A stretch of 64,000 bases of DNA from an uncultured Planctomycetales bacterium (GTDB taxonomy: Bacteria > Omnitrophota > Gorgyraeia > Gygaellales > Profunditerraquicolaceae). The notes beneath the pieces are model-generated. The model was not told the DNA's origin. It searched no databases and was given only the letters and a program-made list of their open reading frames with translations. Position numbers and translations under genes: made by a program. Every line of letters begins with the position of its first letter. Within the stretch, counting starts at the first letter, position 1. Below, piece after piece: positions 50,246-58,282 of the stretch. Location: NCBI GenBank assembly GCA_964427405.1, contig CAYRUB010000006.1:15558-79557 (forward strand), read 5' to 3'.

Positions 50246-51328
50246 ATGTCAACAGCCATAATATTAGGAGCTGGTTTTTCTAGATGTGCAGGTTTACCAA
50301 TACAGAGTGAATTCTCTAAATTCCTTTTATCTCCAGAACTTTCCCGAACAATTTTAGAGAAAACAATTACAGAGGTTATTAGTGCGTTTATTAGTGATGT
50401 TTTTGGATGGAGACGTGGCAAGCCATTTCCAAGCATGGAAGACTATTTCACTTGTTTAGATTTATCGGCTAACACCGGTCACCACTTAGGAATTCAGTAT
50501 ACTCCTAAAAAATTAAGAGCTATTAGAAGAATGACGATTTATAGAATTTTTCAAATATTGGATTATAACTATCGAAATTCTTCAGAAATAGCGCATTTTT
50601 TAAAGATGGTTTTTAATAAAGGGACTCCAGGGTTTATTGTGCTTAATTGGGATATTGTTTTGGAAAAAGCAATCCATCTTCAACCATTAAGAAATAAAAT
50701 TAACTATGGTTTTGAGTGTTATGAATGGGATACAAAACGTAGGAAAAACTTTGAAGATGACGATATTTTTGTATCAAAGATAAATGGATCTAGCAATTGG
50801 GTGTATTGTGAAAACTGCACAAGCATATTTTATGATCTTAGTACAAAAATCGCTCTTCATAAAATGATGGGTCTTATAAAAGCAGATTTTAGATTATTTA
50901 GAGAAGGATTTACCGATAGACATTTCGATGAAGCGCTGGGGACTTCTCCTCAAAGCCGAAAATGTCATTTTTGCAACAATATGTTAGCAACGCATATTGC
51001 TACCTTTAGTTTTAGAAAATCGTATAGGACATTTGCCTATCCTGCTATTTGGCATAATGCTCAAAGCATATTGTCTAAAAGCAATGAATGGATCTTTGTT
51101 GGTTATTCACTACCAGATGCTGATTTTGAATTTAAACATATATTAAAAGTTTCCGAATTAGCGTTACGGAAAAAAAAGAATCAGCCCCCTCTTAAGATTA
51201 ATGTAGTGGTAAAAAATGATAATGCTGCAAAAAATAGATACCAATCATTTTTTGGTAACCGAATAACCAAAATATGGCAGGGCGGTCTTCAGGAGTTTGT
51301 AAAGAAAAATACAATGAGCAGGAAATAA
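50246..51328 (+). CDS. SIR2-like protein with Zn-ribbon insert, paralog C
   Basis: IILGAGFSRCAGLP N-terminus, NGSSNWVYCENC...CHFC zinc-ribbon, FVGYSLPDADFE C-terminal motif. Same length (360 aa) as paralog B. Confidence 0.6.
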   Translation: MSTAIILGAGFSRCAGLPIQSEFSKFLLSPELSRTILEKTITEVISAFISDVFGWRRGKPFPSMEDYFTCLDLSANTGHHLGIQYTPKKLRAIRRMTIYRIFQILDYNYRNSSEIAHFLKMVFNKGTPGFIVLNWDIVLEKAIHLQPLRNKINYGFECYEWDTKRRKNFEDDDIFVSKINGSSNWVYCENCTSIFYDLSTKIALHKMMGLIKADFRLFREGFTDRHFDEALGTSPQSRKCHFCNNMLATHIATFSFRKSYRTFAYPAIWHNAQSILSKSNEWIFVGYSLPDADFEFKHILKVSELALRKKKNQPPLKINVVVKNDNAAKNRYQSFFGNRITKIWQGGLQEFVKKNTMSRK

Positions 51329-51480
51329 ATACCCTTCCCGTAACATTATTTACCCTGTATACAGAGAGTCTTTCTGCCGCGCCGTATTTCTGGGCGTCCT
51401 TACCGGGGATACCTCTCAAATTTGCCCATAGCTGTTTACAGAGGGGGCTTCCCCTTGTCCAATATTACTGCCCGGCTTAA

Positions 51481-51625
51481 GAAGGAATGCCTAGTGGCAT
51501 AGAAACGCGTTGACAAATCAAATAGTTATGATAAATTAACGTCGTAAGTAGATTAAATCGTCCCGAGTTGTGAAGGGGTAAATCCCGGACGTTAAAAAAA
51601 TAAAACCTTCGTTGGGCTTAATACT
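51481..51625 (+). repeat. Copy 1 of a ~145-bp duplicated promoter/leader module (IR ATGCC-N4-GGCAT, TTGACA-16-TAAATT, terminator-like leader)
   Basis: Near-identical to 52988-53132. Contains an operator-like inverted repeat, a promoter and a GC stem plus T-run just before the gene start. Confidence 0.6.
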
Positions 51626-51654
51626 CGGCGGAGGTTTTTATCTTTTCTAAACAA

Positions 51655-52878
51655 ATGAATATCGGCAATAAATATGAAGATAAATTGGCCGCGTTAGTTG
51701 CTGACCCCTTGCTCATTGATTATGTGCATTTGAGGCCGAAATATAAAAAAGCACTTATTTTGCGCGAATTATGTGATGTTCTTATAGAGTATCAGCCATT
51801 GGCGATCCCTATTCAATTGAAAGTGCAAGGCGTATTAAGGAAAAATTCGGATGATTGGCTAAAAAAAGAGACTGCTAACGCTACAAAACAAATTTTGGGG
51901 GCATTAAGAAGCTTAAATCTTAATCGTGTTGTTATTGAAAATCCTAGGACCGGTATAATTGAATTTCCCCCTAAAACATTAAAGGCAAAACATGGAATAA
52001 TTATTTTGGATTATAAGGGAGATCCTAGTGTTTTGTCGGCAGCTTGTCTTCGTAGAACAAAAGATAAAATACTGCTGCATTATCTAACGTTAGATGATTT
52101 TTCAATACTCTGCCAACATTTAATGACACTACCCGATTTAATGGATTATTTGGATAAAAGGGGAGAGATTCCAGAATGGGCCTTGCCACGTTTGAACGAT
52201 GAGCGCAATGTCTATGCTTACTACCTCACCCATGATAATTATTTCGGTCCTACGGTAAAAATAAACGATTTTGTTGGCGAGTGGGATAGGTTAACTCAAA
52301 AACATGCTAAAGAATATAAAGAAAAGCTTGAGGAGGATAACCAGGCAGAATTATTTAATTTACTTCTCAAACAAATCCACAAAGAAGATCCCGATCAATC
52401 TACTTATTCACCAGATTTTATTCAAAGAGATTCTGAAAGAGAACGTATTTTGAGAAAAGAAGTTACTAGAAAGCTTAGTAGCATAAGACGTCTTTATCGA
52501 AGAGAAATATCAAAGACATTGATAGAAAAATGTCAGAAAGCAAGCACAAGCGAGAAAGGGTTTAACTATTTTTGTTTTATGCCAGAGGGAGATAATACCG
52601 CATATGTCTTTTTGTCTTCTAGACACCCAAGAAAAGAACGCATTACTCAACTTTGTGCAATAGTAAATTGCGTGCTTAATATTCAAGATGTGGATTATGT
52701 CTTGGGTGTAGCTACAGAGAATTTAGGAGTAAAAGGCAGATCAACTGACTTTATAATGATTGACAAAACCATGAAGGATTGCGATCCAAAGGCGATTGAA
52801 GAAAGTAAGCGAATATTTAAAAATATGGAATATCGGCATATATATGATTTTCCTGCAAACAAACAAATTATTATCTAG
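51655..52878 (+). CDS. Hypothetical protein (407 aa)
   Basis: Clean ORF directly downstream of the duplicated leader; no recognisable domain. Confidence 0.35.
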   Translation: MNIGNKYEDKLAALVADPLLIDYVHLRPKYKKALILRELCDVLIEYQPLAIPIQLKVQGVLRKNSDDWLKKETANATKQILGALRSLNLNRVVIENPRTGIIEFPPKTLKAKHGIIILDYKGDPSVLSAACLRRTKDKILLHYLTLDDFSILCQHLMTLPDLMDYLDKRGEIPEWALPRLNDERNVYAYYLTHDNYFGPTVKINDFVGEWDRLTQKHAKEYKEKLEEDNQAELFNLLLKQIHKEDPDQSTYSPDFIQRDSERERILRKEVTRKLSSIRRLYRREISKTLIEKCQKASTSEKGFNYFCFMPEGDNTAYVFLSSRHPRKERITQLCAIVNCVLNIQDVDYVLGVATENLGVKGRSTDFIMIDKTMKDCDPKAIEESKRIFKNMEYRHIYDFPANKQIII

Positions 52879-52987
52879 CATAGGGTTTTAGAAGAAGTGC
52901 CCATCTTTTATGATAAACAAACGAATAGCAAAAGGATTGACCTACGGCATTCCCATAGGGACGCAGTAATATCATTCTTGGGATTGA

Positions 52988-53132
52988 GAAGGAATGCCTA
53001 GTGGCATAGAAACGCGTTGACAAATCAAATAGTTATGATAAATTAACGTCGTAAGTAGATTAAATCGTCCCGAGTTGTGAAGGGGTAAATCCCGGACGTT
53101 AAAAAAGTAAAACCTTCGTTGGCCGTAATGTG
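52988..53132 (+). repeat. Copy 2 of the ~145-bp duplicated promoter/leader module
   Basis: 120 nt essentially identical to 51481-51600, then related terminator-like GC stem + T-run. Confidence 0.6.
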
Positions 53133-53181
53133 GCCGGCGGGGGTTTTTGTTTTTAAGTTGTTTATATAATTTATAAAGAAT

Positions 53182-54426
53182 ATGTCAGATTACAGAAGAA
53201 ATCACTATGTTCCTGATAGATTTCAGCGTCGTTTTTTGCTAAATGACGGGAAAGAGAAGAAGTTTTTCTACCTGGATCTATCTCCTGAAACTGCCTACTC
53301 AAATAAAAGACAGTATGTTCGTAAGTTTTTACATCGATGGGGTCCTCCTAGTTGTTTCTGCGAAGACGATTTGTATACGACTAAGTTTGGCGACTGGGAG
53401 TCAACTGAGATAGAAGAAAGGTTTTTTGGAAAGGTTGATTCTTACGCTCCTTCGGCCATTGAATATTTCGCAAATTTCCAGCATCCTAGTGTTGATGGCA
53501 AGGCGTTTAATAATTTAGTTTCATATATGAGTATACAAAAGTTACGTACGCCTAAGGGGTTAGCTTATTTATCTGAAATATTGCCTAGGTTAGATAAAAA
53601 TCTCATATTGCTTAAGATGCAAGAATTAAGAAATATTTTTTGTGCTTTGTGGACAGAAAGCATATGGAGTATTGTTGATGCTACTAAGGCAGATACAAAG
53701 TTTATTCTTTCTGACCAACCTGTAACGGTATATAACAAGACTTGTTTACCCAATTCGAAGTGGTGTCTTGGTCACCGGGACCCTGACATAGCTCTTTCCG
53801 GTACGCATACATTATTTCCACTAAGCTTAGATAAAGCCCTTATACTTACAAACTTATCTTGGGTACGTAATCCATATGGTCACCCAAGGAAGCCCAGACC
53901 GAATTTTGATCCTTTTAGAGATACAATTTTTAACTTTCTTCACATACAAACAGGTCGATTCCTCACTGATGTAGAGGTAAATGAAATTAATTATGTGATA
54001 AAAACGAGGGCTTACAGGTATATTGCAGCCGCTAAAAAAGAGTGGCTTTATCCAGAGAATAAAATTCCCTCTCAACGTTGGGAAGAGTTAGGGCAGGGAT
54101 ATTTGTTTATGCCAGATCCTCGTTCCGTTACTTTCTCATCAAAAATATTAATCGGTTATGATAATAAAAAAGCAGATGCTTTTGATGAATACGGGAGAAA
54201 ACCCTGGCATCCAGATTATGATAATAAGCCTGAGCGTGATAAAGAATGGGACACATTTCATGCTTTTCAGGGTGAATTTGCACGGGTTTTCGGTCCAAAA
54301 AGGCGCGGTAGGTCTTTTGAGCTAGGAGAATTAAGTAAAGAGGAAGATTCTCCAGATTATCATGCATATCATCTGGGGCTCGAAAAGCATTATAAGCAAA
54401 AGATTACCGGAGAATCCGGTTCTTAA
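53182..54426 (+). CDS. DUF4238-like protein
   Basis: N-terminal RRNHYVPDRFQRRF matches the HYVPQFYLRxF signature of DUF4238. 414 aa. Confidence 0.4.
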   Translation: MSDYRRNHYVPDRFQRRFLLNDGKEKKFFYLDLSPETAYSNKRQYVRKFLHRWGPPSCFCEDDLYTTKFGDWESTEIEERFFGKVDSYAPSAIEYFANFQHPSVDGKAFNNLVSYMSIQKLRTPKGLAYLSEILPRLDKNLILLKMQELRNIFCALWTESIWSIVDATKADTKFILSDQPVTVYNKTCLPNSKWCLGHRDPDIALSGTHTLFPLSLDKALILTNLSWVRNPYGHPRKPRPNFDPFRDTIFNFLHIQTGRFLTDVEVNEINYVIKTRAYRYIAAAKKEWLYPENKIPSQRWEELGQGYLFMPDPRSVTFSSKILIGYDNKKADAFDEYGRKPWHPDYDNKPERDKEWDTFHAFQGEFARVFGPKRRGRSFELGELSKEEDSPDYHAYHLGLEKHYKQKITGESGS

Positions 54427-54430
54427 TAGA

Positions 54431-55204
54431 ATGAAAAACAGCTTAAATCTTCATCCGCTGGTAGAAGGAACAAGAAAAAGTATCGGTGCCAAACCCTATT
54501 TAGACAAGGGCTGTATTATTGGCAGGTACTCTGGCCTTGACATTCGTGTTAGTCTCAATAGCCTGGATCGAGCACTAAGTATTATGGATACTTTATTCAA
54601 GGCTTTTGAGAAGAAAGGGATTGTGGTCGGTATCAAGAAGGATGACTATAAATACATAACAAGCGTGAATGTTTTTGGAGAAACTTTCGCTATTGATATG
54701 TATGAGAAGATTAATAATATTAAGAAAGGCCAGGATCAGTATGGCTACAATCAGTATGACTATATTCCTAACGGAAACCTAGTTCTACGAATTAAAGATA
54801 CGCCTTATGGCGTTCGCAGTGAATGGAAAGATGGTGAAAGAAAAAAACTAGAGGCGTGTTTAGATAGTTTCATTAATGGACTAATTTTAGCGGCAGAAAA
54901 GCAGAAAGCAAACAGACTTAAAAGAGAGCAAGAAAAACGTGAATGGGAAGAGAATGAGCGTAGAGGAGAAGAAGAACAGAAAATAAGGCAACAGGAACAA
55001 GCGCTTATTGATATGTTGGAAAAAGAAGCAATGGGGTGGCATAAAAGCAAGATAATCCGGTCTTATATTGAAGCCGCCACTACTGCGCATATCCAAAAGA
55101 ATGGCAAGGTTGAGTCTGGAAGCGAATTTGATAAATGGAAAACATGGGCTGGCCAACAGGCAGACCGATTAGATCCTTTAAAAGAAATGTTTGTTAATTC
55201 TTAG
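54431..55204 (+). CDS. Hypothetical coiled-coil protein
   Basis: Start chosen at MKNSLNLHP to avoid overlap. Long charged helix KANRLKREQEKREWEENERRGEEEQKIRQQEQ. Confidence 0.35.
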   Translation: MKNSLNLHPLVEGTRKSIGAKPYLDKGCIIGRYSGLDIRVSLNSLDRALSIMDTLFKAFEKKGIVVGIKKDDYKYITSVNVFGETFAIDMYEKINNIKKGQDQYGYNQYDYIPNGNLVLRIKDTPYGVRSEWKDGERKKLEACLDSFINGLILAAEKQKANRLKREQEKREWEENERRGEEEQKIRQQEQALIDMLEKEAMGWHKSKIIRSYIEAATTAHIQKNGKVESGSEFDKWKTWAGQQADRLDPLKEMFVNS

Positions 55205-55209
55205 GGGGC

Positions 55210-55944
55210 ATGGTGGAAGGTGTATGTAGATTTTGTGGCCAGAGTAAAAAACTGATAAAAGCTCATGTTGTTCCTGAGAAGTTTTTCAGTTTAGACGTGC
55301 AAAATCCTCTTCTTATGATTGCCGCTGATAAGCCTTATGAAACTAGATGTCCTATAGGAATATATGATGAAAATATTCTTTGTGCGGATTGCGACAATAA
55401 ATTAGGGGTTTATGACGAGGAAGCACAAAAGCTATTTTTGACAAATATAGGCATCTACAAACATAAAGATAAGGATTTGCATGAAATACCTCCAAGCGCA
55501 TATAACTATGAAAAGCTAAGATTATTTTTTATTTCATTGATTTGGAGAGCTTCCATTTCTTCAATGAATGCTTTCAGAAATGTGAGCCTAGGGCAAAAGT
55601 TCGAAAAGATGGCATTAGATATATTAAAGGATCCAGCATTAGACAGAGAAGATCTATTTTCTGTACTCATATTTAAACTTAAAGAGAATCCAGATATTCC
55701 TTTAGAAAAAGTTTATATTGAACCGTGGTCTTTCCGCTGTGAAGGAGCCAGGATGTATTCTTTTGTATTCGCGGGCTATAATATTCATATAAAAGTAGAT
55801 AAGCGCAAATTAAACCAACCGATTGCAGATTTCTTTTTGAAATCAAATAGCAACTTATTTATATTATCTCAGAATTCAGAACAAGCACTATCCCTTATGG
55901 CTAGAATTACTACTCAACACAACCAACTGAAATCGAATAATTGA
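55210..55944 (+). CDS. Putative HNH-like endonuclease domain protein
   Basis: CRFCGQSKKLIKAHVVPE ... CADCDNKLG (CxxC...H...CxxC) at the N-terminus. Confidence 0.35.
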   Translation: MVEGVCRFCGQSKKLIKAHVVPEKFFSLDVQNPLLMIAADKPYETRCPIGIYDENILCADCDNKLGVYDEEAQKLFLTNIGIYKHKDKDLHEIPPSAYNYEKLRLFFISLIWRASISSMNAFRNVSLGQKFEKMALDILKDPALDREDLFSVLIFKLKENPDIPLEKVYIEPWSFRCEGARMYSFVFAGYNIHIKVDKRKLNQPIADFFLKSNSNLFILSQNSEQALSLMARITTQHNQLKSNN

Positions 55945-55967
55945 TTTAAAGATGTTTATTCTTCAAT

Positions 55968-56260
55968 GTCCGGGTCGAGAGAGGCGGACATTCGTATCTC
56001 TTAATGCCTCAAGAAGTTAGATAATTTCTGGTCAGAAAATACCGGACAAATAGGACAAAATTAGCGAGGAATTACCTCTCTAAATCCAGAATATTCTTGA
56101 TATATTGAGGTATTGCGCATATAATTAGGCTAATAAATTCAGAGAGGTTTCTACTCTGCTCATGAGAGTGGGACCCCATATTTTCCTACGCAATAAGCTA
56201 CAAAAAATCCTCGATGGGGTAACTTGTCGAGGATTTTTATCTTGGGGTTGCTAATGATAG
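55968..56260 (+). repeat. Copy 1 of ~250-bp repeat family: IR TGTCCG-N12-CGGACA, tandem CGGACAA direct repeats, TTGATA-17-TATAAT promoter, ~110-nt transcript ending at intrinsic terminator
   Basis: Shared with 60300-60586 and, diverged, 63040-63230. Promoter at 56097-56125; terminator hairpin ATCCTCGAT...GTCGAGGAT + T-run at 56207-56241. Confidence 0.6.
56132..56241 (+). ncRNA. Candidate ~110-nt sRNA/leader transcribed from the repeat-borne consensus promoter
   Basis: Predicted TSS 7 nt after TATAAT; conserved 5' AGAGAGGTTTC...GAGAGTGGGACCCCA; ends at intrinsic terminator. Paralogous unit at 60467-60586. Confidence 0.3.
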
Positions 56261-56269
56261 TGGTACAAT

Positions 56270-57322
56270 ATGTCTTTGGAGATATCTAGCATGCAAAAAA
56301 CAAAGATGCCGGGGAATAGAATTTACCCCTACTTAATAAGCGTAGGGTTTGTTTTAATCATGACTTTTTTGGGTGAGTTTGTTAAAAGAAAGCTTGAGCC
56401 GACAAATATCGTGATGTTTTATCTTTTGGCTGTAGTAATAGTTGCCATTCGTTGGGGGCAGGGGCCAGCGATCGTAACCTCAATATTGAGTGTTCTGGCT
56501 TTTGATTTCTTTTTAGTTCCGCCATATCTCACCCTTAATGTTCATGATTTTGAGTATCTTTTTACCTTTGGGGCTTTTCTGGTAGTTGGTCTTATTGTGA
56601 GTACGCTTACTTCAAAAGTAAGAGCACAAATTATCCAACGCCAGACTGAGAAACTTCATTGCGCGCTTTTGAACTCAATTTCCCATGATTTAAAAACACC
56701 GCTTGTATCGATCACTGGGGCATTGAGCACTATTTTGGATAATACATCAAAGCTTAGCCAACAGCAAAAGAATGGGCTTTTGGAAACGGCCCGCGGTGAA
56801 TCTGAAAGATTGAATCACATAGTAAATAATATTCTGGATATGACTAGGACAGAATCCGGCGTATTACGGATTTCTAAAAAGCCATGTGATTTAAGGGATT
56901 TTATAGGAGCTTGTTTTGAACAGCTAAAAGATAAGATAGGCAGTCGAAACATAAAAATAAATATTCCAAAGGAGATGCCTGAAGTAAACGTAGATTTTCC
57001 GTGTATGCTCAAGGCGTTCTTAAATGTTATTGATAATGCTTTAAAGTATTCCCCTGATGGTTCGGAGATTGAAATCGGAGCTTCTTGTATCGACGGAAAG
57101 GCGCGTATTTTTGTGCAAGATTATGGTTATGGAATTCCCAAGGAAGACTTGGGACGTATTTTTAACAAGTTCTACCGGGTCCAGTGCGCTCAAAATATAT
57201 TGGGAACTGGTTTGGGATTAAGTATTTCAAAAAATATTATTGAGGCTCATGGCGGCTATATTAGCGCAGAAAGTGTTCTTGGTAAAGGTACCACGTTTAT
57301 TATAGAATTTCCGCTAGAGTAA
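56270..57322 (+). CDS. Sensor histidine kinase, KdpD-like C-terminal portion (TM domain + HisKA + HATPase_c); lacks N-terminal KdpD/Usp sensor domains
   Basis: Four TM helices; H-box SISHDLKTPL; N, G1, G2 boxes (IDNALKYS, QDYGYGIP, GTGLGLSI). Confidence 0.75.
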   Translation: MSLEISSMQKTKMPGNRIYPYLISVGFVLIMTFLGEFVKRKLEPTNIVMFYLLAVVIVAIRWGQGPAIVTSILSVLAFDFFLVPPYLTLNVHDFEYLFTFGAFLVVGLIVSTLTSKVRAQIIQRQTEKLHCALLNSISHDLKTPLVSITGALSTILDNTSKLSQQQKNGLLETARGESERLNHIVNNILDMTRTESGVLRISKKPCDLRDFIGACFEQLKDKIGSRNIKINIPKEMPEVNVDFPCMLKAFLNVIDNALKYSPDGSEIEIGASCIDGKARIFVQDYGYGIPKEDLGRIFNKFYRVQCAQNILGTGLGLSISKNIIEAHGGYISAESVLGKGTTFIIEFPLE

Positions 57323-57329
57323 AAGTATA

Positions 57330-58031
57330 ATGGCAGAACAAAACAATTTAAGAATTCTGGTTGTTGACGATGAAAAATCCATACGTAGTTTTCTTAAGAC
57401 ATCTCTTTCGGCGCACGGTTACGTTGTTTTTGAAGCAGCAAAAGGTAAAGAAGCCCTAACAGAGTCGGTTAGTGTTCATCCGGATGTTATTATTCTTGAC
57501 TTAGGACTTCCTGATATGGATGGAAGAGAGGTCATTGCAAATATCCGTAAACGGACAAAAACCCCGATAATCATTTTATCAGTAAGGGATGATTCGCTGG
57601 AGAAGATCGCTGCGCTTGATGCCGGAGCGGATGACTATCTTACCAAACCTTTTTCTGTCGGAGAGTTGTTGGCCCGCTTGAAGGCGGTGATGAGGCGTCT
57701 TTTGCCTCTAGAAAAGGACCAAATCCTACGAACAGGCAAGCTTATGATGGATATTACTAGTCGTCGGGTTACTGTTGAAGATAACCAGATTGATTTATCT
57801 CCTACTGAATATGACACTCTCAAGCTTCTTCTTTTAAACTCTGGGAAGGTGCTTACTCATAAACAAATTCTGCGTGAAATTTGGGATAAAACAGAAGATT
57901 ATGAGGGTATTTTACATCTTTTACGCGTAACGATGAGTAATCTGCGCAGCAAAATTGAACCTAACCCGGATCGCCCTATGTACATTCTTACGGAGCCGGG
58001 CGTGGGCTACCGCATGAGGTCTGATGATTAA
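57330..58031 (+). CDS. OmpR/KdpE-family response regulator
   Basis: REC domain (ILVVDDE...ILDLGLPDMDG) plus winged-helix trans_reg_C (LSPTEYDTLKLL...GVGYRM). Confidence 0.85.
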   Translation: MAEQNNLRILVVDDEKSIRSFLKTSLSAHGYVVFEAAKGKEALTESVSVHPDVIILDLGLPDMDGREVIANIRKRTKTPIIILSVRDDSLEKIAALDAGADDYLTKPFSVGELLARLKAVMRRLLPLEKDQILRTGKLMMDITSRRVTVEDNQIDLSPTEYDTLKLLLLNSGKVLTHKQILREIWDKTEDYEGILHLLRVTMSNLRSKIEPNPDRPMYILTEPGVGYRMRSDD

Positions 58032-58282
58032 ATTCTCGTTTTGACCTTTTTTTGACTTGCCTTCCTTGCCCGTCAAGCGTATCGTAATCCAATAGAATAA
58101 ATACAAAAATAAGTTGATTTTACACAGTGCCAGAGTGTTTCATTCTCTGGTTTTTTGTTAAATATTATGAAGAAAATAGCTATTTTTTATACTGTTACTC
58201 TAGGAATATTCTGGGAAGCGGTGTATGTAATGGTAATTATCGGCATAGGTTGGCTATTTGTATTAGCATTTCGGTATATACG

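Noticed and set aside
58127-58282. 52-codon N-terminal extension of the TrkH ORF
   Set aside because: AT-rich with no TM or conserved sequence; the TrkH family starts at the first membrane helix (MILRPQV...).
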